From a virus: a stretch of DNA of 64,000 nucleotides. The stretch is from the IMG/VR virus record IMGVR_UViG_3300045391_003766, positions 5,395 to 69,394 of that record, one strand, 5' to 3'. The position numbers and the translations under genes were made by a program. Under the pieces are notes generated by a model, which was not told the DNA's origin, did not search any database, and worked only from the letters and a program-made list of their open reading frames with translations. This document shows positions 11,777 through 20,761 of this stretch, piece by piece; position 1 is the stretch's first letter, and the number at the start of each line of letters is the position of its first letter.

Positions 11777-12654
11777 GTGATCCGCGCGCATTAGTCCCAG
11801 TCGGCGCGCCGGAGACCGTCACATTCTATGGGAAGAAGATTCTTCTTTGTCTCCCGTGGTATAAGGCGGTGACTCCTGCGACGGCGTTTTCCGTGGCTCA
11901 GTTGAAGGACCGTCGTCGAACGTCTTCAATCGTGGACTATGGTGACGCCTTCATCGCCCACGAGCGAAACAAGATGGCCGACGCTTTTCTTCGCACGGAC
12001 TGCGAATACATGCTTACCATCGACGACGATACGATTGTCCAGTTTGGCAACGCAAAATGGTTTGCCGCGAACACCGGATTCAATCTCCCGGAGCCGTTCG
12101 CCAGCATGAACACGCTCGACCGGCTGATGTCGCACAGGAAATCCTTAATCGGCGCGCTCTACTGGGGCCGCTGGAAGGGCGGCAAACCGATCTTTTGCGA
12201 GGGCATGACGAGTGACGTTTTGGCGGAGGACTTGAGAAAGACCTGCCCGCGAGACGAGATTCTCGAAACCGGATGGGTCGGGACCGGGTGCATGTTGATC
12301 CATCGGAAAGTTTTCGAGGACATCGAAGCCCGCTTTCCCAACCTCGCGCGCAAGCCCGCGCCTGAAGGTAAGTCCGGGGGAAATTGGTTTTCTTCATCTG
12401 AACACACGTTGTTGGATTCGGTGCAGCGTGTCCGGGACATGCTCGCAACCGGCCCAATGACGGGAGAAAAGTGTTTCAAAGCGTATGAGGGTTTAGAGGC
12501 CGCGCTGACGGAGGCCCGATCTATCTCCGGGCTCGGTGTCGGCGAGGACGTGATTTTTTGTCGTCGTGCGCGTCAGGCCGGGCATAAGTGCTACGTCGAT
12601 CTTGGGTGCATTGTGGGCCACATTGGACAACACTGTTATGGACTCGGAAAATAA
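11773..12654 (+). CDS. Glycosyltransferase, GT-A fold, GT2-like
   Basis: YMLTIDDD (DxD), GTGCMLIHRKVFE, GEDVIFCRRARQAG...VGH. Confidence 0.8.
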   Translation: MSDPRALVPVGAPETVTFYGKKILLCLPWYKAVTPATAFSVAQLKDRRRTSSIVDYGDAFIAHERNKMADAFLRTDCEYMLTIDDDTIVQFGNAKWFAANTGFNLPEPFASMNTLDRLMSHRKSLIGALYWGRWKGGKPIFCEGMTSDVLAEDLRKTCPRDEILETGWVGTGCMLIHRKVFEDIEARFPNLARKPAPEGKSGGNWFSSSEHTLLDSVQRVRDMLATGPMTGEKCFKAYEGLEAALTEARSISGLGVGEDVIFCRRARQAGHKCYVDLGCIVGHIGQHCYGLGK

Positions 12655-13387
12655 AATACTCATCGCGCTTCAGTTCTGGAAAGGCGATAAACTTCAGGCC
12701 ATGCGGCTTGCCGATTTTCTTGCGGACCTTGAGCCGGGCCGGAGTGAGCAGGCGGATTTTCTTTTCGTCTCCCGGTTTGATTGCCCACAGGACATCGGCA
12801 CAGTGAGTCGGGTATCCCGAAAATTTAATACATTTCACACAGTCAGTCGCAGGCGCGGCACCGGCTGGCCAGTAGGATGCAACGAACTTTGGCTCGGCAC
12901 AATGGAGTGGGCCGTCCACATGCGCGCGGCTAAGAAAATTCCACGATACAAAGCTATCTTTACTTTTGAAGCGGATGTTGTTCCTTTGGCTCGCGGATGG
13001 ATCGGACATCTTACTCATCATTGGGACTTGGAATATAAGCGCCGGAACGGCCAACTCGCTGTTATGGGCGCGTGGCTCCCGAATGGTTTCAATAACAATC
13101 CAGTGGGCCACATAAACGGAAACTGTATGTGTTCGCTTGACGACAAGATGGGGAAAGACATTTTGAAAACCGTCAACCGATGTCCGTCAGCTATCGGATG
13201 GGACTTTTTCGCCGGAGCGGAGTTTCAACGTCTTGGTTGGGCAAAAATGCCCGGACAGATGTGTGAATGGCGAACAGGAAAATACACCGTTGAAAAGTTC
13301 AACGAGTTGCTGGCCGCTAATACAATTTTGCATCACGGTTGCAAAGACAATTCCTTGCTTGATTTAAGCAGAAAGCATCTATTATGA
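12638..13387 (+). CDS. GT-A-like glycosyltransferase (putative)
   Basis: FTFEADVVPL (ExD), HINGN, and a C-terminal HHGCK. Start at ATG 12638, directly preceded by CACTGTT. Confidence 0.55.
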   Translation: MDSENKILIALQFWKGDKLQAMRLADFLADLEPGRSEQADFLFVSRFDCPQDIGTVSRVSRKFNTFHTVSRRRGTGWPVGCNELWLGTMEWAVHMRAAKKIPRYKAIFTFEADVVPLARGWIGHLTHHWDLEYKRRNGQLAVMGAWLPNGFNNNPVGHINGNCMCSLDDKMGKDILKTVNRCPSAIGWDFFAGAEFQRLGWAKMPGQMCEWRTGKYTVEKFNELLAANTILHHGCKDNSLLDLSRKHLL

Positions 13388-14280
13388 AAATTACGGTATG
13401 CGGGGCCGGGGGCTATGTGGGCCGCAGGCTTTCGGACTATCTGGAAAACAAAGGCCACGAAGTAACTCGATGGGTCCGCGAACAGGGGGACTTGATGTTG
13501 CCCGAATGCGCATCGGCGGCGTGTGAAGGTGCGGAAATGGTTTTCAATCTCGCGGCCAACGTGGGCGGGATCGGTTTTGTGTCAAAAGAGAAAGCCTCGT
13601 GTTTGCTTTCCTCGGTGATCAATTCCAACTTGCTGCAAGCTTGTGTAAAGCACAAAGTCGCTCGATATTTCTTCGCGTCGTCGTCTTGTGTGTATCCGTC
13701 CAACCTGACTGAAACGCCAGAAGAGGCCGCGTATCCCGCCGATCCTTCTACTGAGTATGGCTGGGAAAAACTTTTCAGCGAACGCTTGTGCCAAGCTTTT
13801 TCGTCGGACTACAACCTGCCAACAACTGTGGCGCGATTGCACGGAGTCTATGGGCCGGGAGACGTGAGACAACCCGGACGGGATCACGTCATTGCCGCGC
13901 TTTGTAAGAAAGTTATCAGTGCGAAGCTTTCCGGCGTCCACGAGATTTCCATCTGGGGAGACGGCGAGCAGACGCGGAGTTTTCTTTTCATCGACGATTG
14001 TGTTGAGGGCATCTGGCGGCTCGCGTCACAAGGAATTTCCGGGCCGGTCAACCTCGCGAACAGTCAACAGGTTTCGGTCAATGACCTCGTTACATTGATC
14101 GAAGAAATCTCTGGTGTGAGGCTGCAACGGTTCTATTCCACCAACGCGCCGATTGGGTGCAAGCATAAAGTCAGTTCTAATGCCCAGCTTCGTCAGCTAC
14201 TACATTGGGAACCATCGACTCTTTTGCGGGTGGGTCTTGAGGCTACATACAATGACTTTTGGGATCGGAGTTTGAAATGA
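13384..14280 (+). CDS. NAD-dependent NDP-sugar epimerase/dehydratase, GDP-mannose 3,5-epimerase-like
   Basis: GAGGYVG Rossmann motif, FNLAANVGGIGF, SSSCVYP, catalytic YxxxK (YGWEK), RLHGVYGP, WGDGEQTRSF. Confidence 0.9.
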   Translation: MKITVCGAGGYVGRRLSDYLENKGHEVTRWVREQGDLMLPECASAACEGAEMVFNLAANVGGIGFVSKEKASCLLSSVINSNLLQACVKHKVARYFFASSSCVYPSNLTETPEEAAYPADPSTEYGWEKLFSERLCQAFSSDYNLPTTVARLHGVYGPGDVRQPGRDHVIAALCKKVISAKLSGVHEISIWGDGEQTRSFLFIDDCVEGIWRLASQGISGPVNLANSQQVSVNDLVTLIEEISGVRLQRFYSTNAPIGCKHKVSSNAQLRQLLHWEPSTLLRVGLEATYNDFWDRSLK

Positions 14281-14948
14281 ATGTTTACACATATTATGAA
14301 GTCGTCCCCGGCCTTTGGTCGGAAGAATCACAACGGGCGCTAATCAAAGTTTGGGCGCGCTCGTGGAGAAAGCACGGATGGAATCCTGTTGTTCTGAACG
14401 AGAGCCACGCACGGCGTCATCCCCGGTATAAGTTTTTCAAGGAGATGTTTTGGTCGCTGCCAACAGAATATGGCCACGATTACGAAGGGTCTTGTTTCCT
14501 GCGCTGGCTGGCCGTGGAGCATGTGGGCGGCGGCATGCTGGTTGACTATGACGTTATCAACTACGGGTTCAAGCCGCGTTCTCCTTCTCGGTCTCAGATG
14601 GTTCTTTTCACAGACGGACCTCCGGTTTCAATGGGGGCTGTTCTGGGTTGCAAGCAGCACTATCTGGATATGTGCGAACTCATGGCGGCGTGGAAGCCCG
14701 ACGACCACGATATAAACCGAGGATCAAAAACGTATAATGGACACCACTGTTCAGATATGCGGTATCTTATCCGCATGTTTGATGACAAGACTCTCCCGAA
14801 GCCTGACTGGCTGGTTCAAGAACCGGGCTCAGCAACTTTTCCAAACCCCGGCTGGGATTCTTCCCCCATGACGCACTACTGTTACGCGATGCACGCGGCG
14901 GGATACTGGCCCAAGCATGAATGGATCGACCGCATTCGACCAATATGA
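14277..14948 (+). CDS. GT-A glycosyltransferase, GT32-like DxD family (putative)
   Basis: GGGMLVDYDVINY resembles the GGxYxDxD motif of GT32-type enzymes. Confidence 0.65.
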   Translation: MNVYTYYEVVPGLWSEESQRALIKVWARSWRKHGWNPVVLNESHARRHPRYKFFKEMFWSLPTEYGHDYEGSCFLRWLAVEHVGGGMLVDYDVINYGFKPRSPSRSQMVLFTDGPPVSMGAVLGCKQHYLDMCELMAAWKPDDHDINRGSKTYNGHHCSDMRYLIRMFDDKTLPKPDWLVQEPGSATFPNPGWDSSPMTHYCYAMHAAGYWPKHEWIDRIRPI

Positions 14949-15136
14949 CAACTGGCGAGATTGCAAGACCGATTCGGGAAATCTTGTGGCGGCACGCGCC
15001 GGAGTTTCTCGACGCGAAGGTTGAAATTCTGGCGACTGACATTGCTCGATACATTGAACAGCTTGTCGAAAGAAATCGCGCCAACGTGGAAAAACCTTGG
15101 AGTGACGTTGACACAGCCGATCCCGGTTTACACTGA
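14945..15136 (+). CDS. Hypothetical protein
   Basis: 63-aa ORF overlapping the upstream stop. Confidence 0.45.
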   Translation: MTTGEIARPIREILWRHAPEFLDAKVEILATDIARYIEQLVERNRANVEKPWSDVDTADPGLH

Positions 15137-15263
15137 TTGCTGAGCTTAAACCACTCGGAACTGCTCAATCCGAGACGGCCTACCCGCTGATGGCCACAGC
15201 GACAAACGCGGTCAAGACGATTCTTGACAACGGCAAACAAAGAGACGCCGTGCGTAAGTCTCT
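15135..15263 (+). ncRNA. Candidate structured 5' leader RNA of the MCP gene
   Basis: Three pseudoknot-compatible stem pairs and a 7-bp hairpin found by eye (see findings). Confidence 0.45.
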
Positions 15264-15281
15264 GGTTAGAAAAATCTTTTT

Positions 15282-16580
15282 ATGGCTTTTTTCTGCGATG
15301 ATCCCAGTGCAATTTCCGATATTGCATCGAAGGATACAAACCGTATCATCGGCACAATTGCGAAAGCGTTGGCCGCGAATTCGGTTTACATGAATGTCAT
15401 CGGAGGCGGGGTTTTCCCGTCCGGCGTGTCTGACACCGTTCGTTCGGTGGTCCAGATGCAAGCAGCCCCCGGCGATTCGTTCGCCATCCCCACTTTCGTA
15501 TGCGATACGGAAATCTGCGGTCAGACGGGGCATCAAGACCTTACCGACACGGTTGAATTCACGCTCCGGCTTGAGTCATTCCGTGGCCGTGGTCCGAACA
15601 TCTGCGTCAAGAAAGGTTACGCGGCGTTCAAAGGCAGCTACACGATGGCTGAGGACAGTTTGAAGAAACTCGTCACTCAATACATCAACGCTGACGTGCG
15701 CGCTCAACTCTACCTGCGCTCGGCCTCGAAGTTCACCGCGAATGCGAACTACGACTTCAACTCGTTGTTCACTGGCGGTCTCGAAACCGACCTCGGTGTG
15801 CAGTTCGCCCCGCTGTTGCCTACTGGTCCTATGACCTTCAAGGCGCTCCACTACATCGCTCGCTACCTCCGCGAAGTCCTCTTCGGCGAGTGGTATGAGA
15901 ACTCTGGCGGGATGCCTCATTTCCGCTTCATCGGTGGCTCCGATCAGATCGAATATTTTCGTTCTGAAATCGGCGTCCAGAACGTGATGGTTGCCCTTAC
16001 CACGGGCGGCTACAAACTCGGCGAGACCACGCTGACCGCGTATTCGTTCGAGCAGTCTCCGGCTTACCGGGGCATCGCGTTTGGTGTCGATCAACGCCCG
16101 CTGCGCGCTACCGGCTTCAACCCGGACGGCACGCTCGCGCTTGTCGATCCCGTTACCATCGTGAGCAATCCTGCTCGCGGCACCGCATTTGCGAAGCCGA
16201 ATCCGGCTTGGCTGAACGCCGATTATGAAGTTGGCGTGTTGATTGCTGACGGCTCGTTCGAGCGCCTCGTCCCGGAGAAATACGTGGGCGAAAGCACGTT
16301 CAAGTTTGCTCCGCAACTCCACATGGGAGAACTCGAATGGCACTACATCATGGACAATGAGTGCAATCAGTGGGGAGATTTCGGCTGGCACAAGTATCAG
16401 GTTACTCGCGCCTACCGTCCTCTGCGCCCGCAGCACATCATCCCGATCCTGTATAAGCGTTGTCAGGCCGACCTCGGCTTGGTGAACTGCGCCGACACCA
16501 GCGCCAGTAGCTATACCGGCAGCGACGCCTTCTCCACCATTGGAGTTTGCGACGACGACGAAACTCCGGTGATCCACTAA
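15282..16580 (+). CDS. Major capsid protein
   Basis: 432 aa, after scaffold and GT block. Strongly biased codon usage suggesting high expression; structured leader and downstream hairpins. Confidence 0.75.
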   Translation: MAFFCDDPSAISDIASKDTNRIIGTIAKALAANSVYMNVIGGGVFPSGVSDTVRSVVQMQAAPGDSFAIPTFVCDTEICGQTGHQDLTDTVEFTLRLESFRGRGPNICVKKGYAAFKGSYTMAEDSLKKLVTQYINADVRAQLYLRSASKFTANANYDFNSLFTGGLETDLGVQFAPLLPTGPMTFKALHYIARYLREVLFGEWYENSGGMPHFRFIGGSDQIEYFRSEIGVQNVMVALTTGGYKLGETTLTAYSFEQSPAYRGIAFGVDQRPLRATGFNPDGTLALVDPVTIVSNPARGTAFAKPNPAWLNADYEVGVLIADGSFERLVPEKYVGESTFKFAPQLHMGELEWHYIMDNECNQWGDFGWHKYQVTRAYRPLRPQHIIPILYKRCQADLGLVNCADTSASSYTGSDAFSTIGVCDDDETPVIH

Positions 16581-16616
16581 AAGTGGAACATCGATAGGGT
16601 AGGTGAACCCGACAAG

Positions 16617-16644
16617 GGCCGGTGGACGTGAAAATCCACCGGCC
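16617..16644 (+). terminator. Strong hairpin after MCP (terminator or stabilising element)
   Basis: GGCCGGTGGA-8 nt-TCCACCGGCC, a 10-bp stem with only a weak T tail. Confidence 0.5.
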
Positions 16645-16668
16645 TAAATTCTTCAAAGAAAAATTTTT

Positions 16669-17301
16669 ATGGCCGCAAATGACACACAATTTCGTCCGGG
16701 AGATACGGACAATAACCTGCTTCGCAAAATTCTTCAGGAACTGCAAGGCAGTGGCAGTTCAGGCTCCGGCAGCGTTATTCAAGGCGCGCAGGCTCAGGAC
16801 GCCTCTCCGAGTGGCAACCCCGTAGTGGCCGCAGCGGAACTCGCGGACCCAGCCGCCCTCCCGGCAAACGGAGTCGCAGGCACGATTCGTCGCCTTCTCG
16901 CCTCTCTTAAAGGCATTCTTTTCGTTCAGCAGGCCGATCTTGACCGAACATTGGACGCAGTTACAGTGTGGCCCAATTCGGGCGGCACTACTGTCGCGAC
17001 AACGGCTCTTGCCGCGAGTCTGGTTATTAAGGCCACTCCGGGAAAGCTTTTGATGTTGACGATTTACAACAACAAAGGTTCTTCGCAGTTCATTCAATTA
17101 CACAATGCAACTGCTCTGCCATCGAATGGCGCGGTCCCGGTGCTCTCGATCAACATCGCCACCGTAACGACTATTCTGTTGCCGATTCCTCAATTGACCG
17201 GGATGGATTTTTCCACCGGCATCGTTGTGGCGAATTCCAGCACCGCAGCGTCATTGACTGTTGGATCGGCTGATTGCTGGTTTACCGCCGTGGTGATCTA
17301 A
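16669..17301 (+). CDS. Virion protein, possible capsid decoration
   Basis: 210 aa with a beta-rich C-terminal domain, immediately after MCP. Confidence 0.5.
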   Translation: MAANDTQFRPGDTDNNLLRKILQELQGSGSSGSGSVIQGAQAQDASPSGNPVVAAAELADPAALPANGVAGTIRRLLASLKGILFVQQADLDRTLDAVTVWPNSGGTTVATTALAASLVIKATPGKLLMLTIYNNKGSSQFIQLHNATALPSNGAVPVLSINIATVTTILLPIPQLTGMDFSTGIVVANSSTAASLTVGSADCWFTAVVI

Positions 17302-18770
17302 TGGCCTTACTTGGAAACAGGACGTTTGGTGCCACGAGGGCATATCACACAACGCGCGCCCGTTCTACGCGATCCCGCGCAACGCGGAGAGATTATCATC
17401 CGGTTGTGCTGGACTGGCTCGCGCGCGTAACCCAAGTGGGCGGGACTGTCTCTGACACGATCCTCGGTTATCATAACGACTTTGTTTATGCCTTGGAGCG
17501 AGCGGGGATTGTTGACAAAATTTGGCGTTTAAACACCTTTAGCGGCGACAGTTTTACGTCTGCTCTCGTTCCGCTAATTCGTCGATATGGTAATGCCGCC
17601 GATCATTCGTTCGGATTTGTTTCCGGGAACTGGACTGCCGTGGATGGCTTGAAGGGAGATGCCGCGACGACCCAGTTGCGAACCGGGATCATGGATTCGG
17701 CGGTGAATGTCGCCGATCTTTCGTTGATTTTCGCCGGGAAATCTTTTGAGCAGACCGCGACTACCAACACTGCCATTGGCGCGCTCACGGGTAGCACTAG
17801 CCCGCAGATCAGTTTGCATGTTCGCCGGACCACGAACCCAAATGCCCCCGCGTTCGCCGCCGCCAGTTTCGGAAGCGCTAACAAGGAACTAGGATTCGCG
17901 GCGACCCATTCACAGGGATTTATTTCTGGTAGTTGCACGTCCCTCGGCCCCATGCGGGTTTATTTTCAGGGCAATCTCGAAAACAATCAAGTGGCCGGAA
18001 CAAATAGAACCGCGCCAACCACGTCCTCAGCCAGAGACTTCTATGTTTTCTCGCGCAACTTCGGAGCCCCCTACGACACCGGGACGGCCTGCTATGGACA
18101 TTTATATAGTATTGCACTCGGCCTGACTGATGACCAGATGTGGGATTTCTTCAATGCTTTCTATACGCTCAACGTTTCGTTAGGCCGGGAAGCACTCGTT
18201 TCTTTTCTGTCGTGCTGGGGTGATTCATTGACAAGCGGAACTGGGGGTTCTCCATTTCCTTTGCAGATGTTTCCTTTGGGAGCGGCGAACCGGGCGATCT
18301 ATAATGGCGGCGTTGGCGGAGAAGATTCCAGCCAAGTGCTTGCGCGTTTTACGGCCAGCACTCGCCGGGCGGATCAAGTCACGACGATTTGGGTGGGACA
18401 ACACGGAACGGACTACACCAATCCAACGCTGTGTATGTCGAACATCGCGGCGATGGTCGCGCATTTGACGACTTCCAAGTTCGTCATCTTGACGGCGCTC
18501 AATGACGCGGTGACTCAGCCGATCAACACCACGGGATACAATCAGATTCAGGCGCTTAATGCCCTGATCACTTCGACATACCCGAACAACTCCCTCGACA
18601 TCCGCGCGTATCTGCTGACTCAAGGCGATGGAGGCGCAACGGATAACGCCGATGTTGCGAATGGAGTCACTCCTACGTCATTGCGTTTTGATTCACTTCA
18701 CTTGAACACTTTGGGATATTCCAAAGTGGCGTCCCGCGTTCAAACTTTTCTGACAGCTAAAGGCTGGTGA
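17301..18770 (+). CDS. Virion protein with beta-sandwich region and C-terminal SGNH/GDSL esterase
   Basis: WGDSLT (block I), GVGGEDS (block II) and DSLHLN (DxxH block V). Confidence 0.75.
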   Translation: MALLGNRTFGATRAYHTTRARSTRSRATRRDYHPVVLDWLARVTQVGGTVSDTILGYHNDFVYALERAGIVDKIWRLNTFSGDSFTSALVPLIRRYGNAADHSFGFVSGNWTAVDGLKGDAATTQLRTGIMDSAVNVADLSLIFAGKSFEQTATTNTAIGALTGSTSPQISLHVRRTTNPNAPAFAAASFGSANKELGFAATHSQGFISGSCTSLGPMRVYFQGNLENNQVAGTNRTAPTTSSARDFYVFSRNFGAPYDTGTACYGHLYSIALGLTDDQMWDFFNAFYTLNVSLGREALVSFLSCWGDSLTSGTGGSPFPLQMFPLGAANRAIYNGGVGGEDSSQVLARFTASTRRADQVTTIWVGQHGTDYTNPTLCMSNIAAMVAHLTTSKFVILTALNDAVTQPINTTGYNQIQALNALITSTYPNNSLDIRAYLLTQGDGGATDNADVANGVTPTSLRFDSLHLNTLGYSKVASRVQTFLTAKGW

Positions 18771-18772
18771 TT

Positions 18773-19072
18773 ATGAAAAATCTCACCCACGAGTATCAGG
18801 CGCTCGCGATCCTAAGCGCCAACACAATTCTTGAACTCGTCAAGAAAGCCGTTGTGGCCATCGAGCCTTTGCTCGGTCCCATCTTGGTTATGGGCCAGAT
18901 CGGGGTCGCGGTGGTTACGGTCGTGTGGATTTGGCGGCGAGCCAAGGGAGCGAAGTTGGAAAACCAAAATTTGGAAAATCGAAATCGAGTCGCTGAACGT
19001 AAGCTGGCGGATCGTCATCGACGCAAGGAGCGCGCGTTTGAGGACTCGAATCGTGAAACTGAAAGAGAATGA
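18773..19072 (+). CDS. Membrane protein, holin candidate
   Basis: Hydrophobic segment LLGPILVMGQIGVAVVTVVWIW followed by a highly charged tail. Confidence 0.45.
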   Translation: MKNLTHEYQALAILSANTILELVKKAVVAIEPLLGPILVMGQIGVAVVTVVWIWRRAKGAKLENQNLENRNRVAERKLADRHRRKERAFEDSNRETERE

Positions 19073-19677
19073 CAATGAAAATTCACCTACACTACATCGC
19101 GTGCGCGTTGCTGGCGCTCGGCTGCGGCTGCGGCATTCTTCCGCTTAAGGGCGGGAAGCACGCCATCAAAACGACGGACCTTAGCAGCACTCTAACACAG
19201 CCCCAGAACCCCAAAGATGCGTCCACGCAGGAATACGACCGCGTGATCGAGGATGCGATCCCGGTCAGGCCCGGCGACAAGGTTGACGGCGTGGAAATCA
19301 AAGAAGCCACGGTGATCCATCGAAAGACAACCGAGCACGTCTCGGCTAAAGTCGGCGCGTCCCAAAAGGACACTGCCCGCGAGGCGGCGGCAAAGCTGGC
19401 GTCCCTCCGGCCTGTTGTCTGGGTTGGCATTCTGCTTTTCATTGTCGGCGCGGCCTCTGCGGTTTATCCTCCGCTCAAAGTCCTCGTCGGCAGCATCACG
19501 ACCAGCGCGGTTGTCGCCGTCGCAGGTCTCGCGCTTATTGTCCTGCCGTCTCTCGTGGTTGGAAACGAAATCCTGATTATGTGTGTCGGCGTTGGCGGCG
19601 CGGGTCTTTACTTTTTCGCGCACCGTCACGGGCATCTGAAAGGCCAACTTACGGCGATGCTCGAAAAGAACAAGTGA
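19069..19677 (+). CDS. Lipoprotein-like membrane protein, spanin candidate
   Basis: N-terminal lipobox-like LLALGC, soluble middle region, about three C-terminal hydrophobic helices. Confidence 0.5.
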   Translation: MTMKIHLHYIACALLALGCGCGILPLKGGKHAIKTTDLSSTLTQPQNPKDASTQEYDRVIEDAIPVRPGDKVDGVEIKEATVIHRKTTEHVSAKVGASQKDTAREAAAKLASLRPVVWVGILLFIVGAASAVYPPLKVLVGSITTSAVVAVAGLALIVLPSLVVGNEILIMCVGVGGAGLYFFAHRHGHLKGQLTAMLEKNK

Positions 19678-19696
19678 CTCATCGTCGGATTTTCGG

Positions 19697-19706
19697 CACT
19701 GTTTAC
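19697..19706 (+). promoter_or_regulatory. Late motif CACTGTTTAC
   Basis: Exact copy, 5 nt before ATG 19712. Confidence 0.7.
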
Positions 19707-19711
19707 TGATT

Positions 19712-20761
19712 ATGTCCTGCTCTAATTGTAACACTGGGACTCCCATTGGCTGCGGTTGTGGAAGCCCGTGCGCGGATGCGCCGGTAAACACGGCAGCGAA
19801 CGAGTCCCTTCAATCCCAGATTGAAAATTTCACGCTCGCATTTTTTGGCACCGTCGTCAAAACGGAAGTGAATGGCGAAGTCACATGGTCTCTCCCGTGC
19901 AATTTAGACGTAGGACTTGAGAACAATCCTCGCGCGGACGGCGAAGGACTTGCATGCTATTTTCTCCGGCTATTTCGCGACGGAATTACAGGCCTCACTG
20001 GCCCGAAGGGCGACACAGGCGCGTCCGGCGCGGATGGCCATAACGCCTACACAGTGACGCTCGTCGGCTTTACTCAGCCCACGATTGGCAGTCCCTATGT
20101 CACGGTAGTTTGCGCCGACAACCCGGCCATTCTTGCAGGACTCTACGTTTTCATTCAAACCTCCGGCTGGTATTTCGTCAACAGCGTGAGCGCCGGGCTT
20201 CTTAGCCTTACGTTGGTCAAAGCAGTGGATTCACCGCCTTCGACCGTGAGCGCGGGAAAGCTTGTCGTCTCGTCTGGCTTCCCCGGCGCGAGCATCGTTG
20301 GCCCGGCAGGACCACAAGGCACCAAGGGCGATACCGGAACTCCGGGAACGTCCTTTACGTCCACGCATGCGAGGTATGTCGCGTCAGTCGGAACCGATTA
20401 CAATTTGCAGGTCGTTTATCAGGCCATTGATTTTGTGAACTCCGCTCCGGCGCTGTTGCTTCCAGTCAAAGGAGCCTATTTAGTTACGGCAATCGTGGAT
20501 GTCGAAGGGCTCGCGGGCGTCAATCTCGCAGACGTGGTTTCAATTAAACTCTACAATCAGACGAATGCGAGCGACGTTGAGGGAACAGAACATTCCATTT
20601 CCAATTTGGTCGTCGATCAGTTCGCGCAGGTTGTCGTATCAATTACAATGGACACAGACGGCGACAATCAAACCGTCGCGATTTTCGGGAAGTGCTCGAC
20701 CGCCGACAAGGTAAAAGTTATTGCCCTTAAGACAACGTTTTCGTATGTCCGCCTGTCGTGA
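19712..20761 (+). CDS. Tail/fibre-related virion protein
   Basis: Cys-rich N-terminus, short G-X-Y runs (GLTGPKGDTGASGADG, GPAGPQGTKGDTG) and a beta-rich C-terminus. Confidence 0.6.
   Translation: MSCSNCNTGTPIGCGCGSPCADAPVNTAANESLQSQIENFTLAFFGTVVKTEVNGEVTWSLPCNLDVGLENNPRADGEGLACYFLRLFRDGITGLTGPKGDTGASGADGHNAYTVTLVGFTQPTIGSPYVTVVCADNPAILAGLYVFIQTSGWYFVNSVSAGLLSLTLVKAVDSPPSTVSAGKLVVSSGFPGASIVGPAGPQGTKGDTGTPGTSFTSTHARYVASVGTDYNLQVVYQAIDFVNSAPALLLPVKGAYLVTAIVDVEGLAGVNLADVVSIKLYNQTNASDVEGTEHSISNLVVDQFAQVVVSITMDTDGDNQTVAIFGKCSTADKVKVIALKTTFSYVRLS

Noticed and set aside
16570-16670. Programmed frameshift or read-through extending MCP into the next gene
   Set aside because: The read-through frame stops after about 16 codons and no canonical slippery heptamer precedes the stop.
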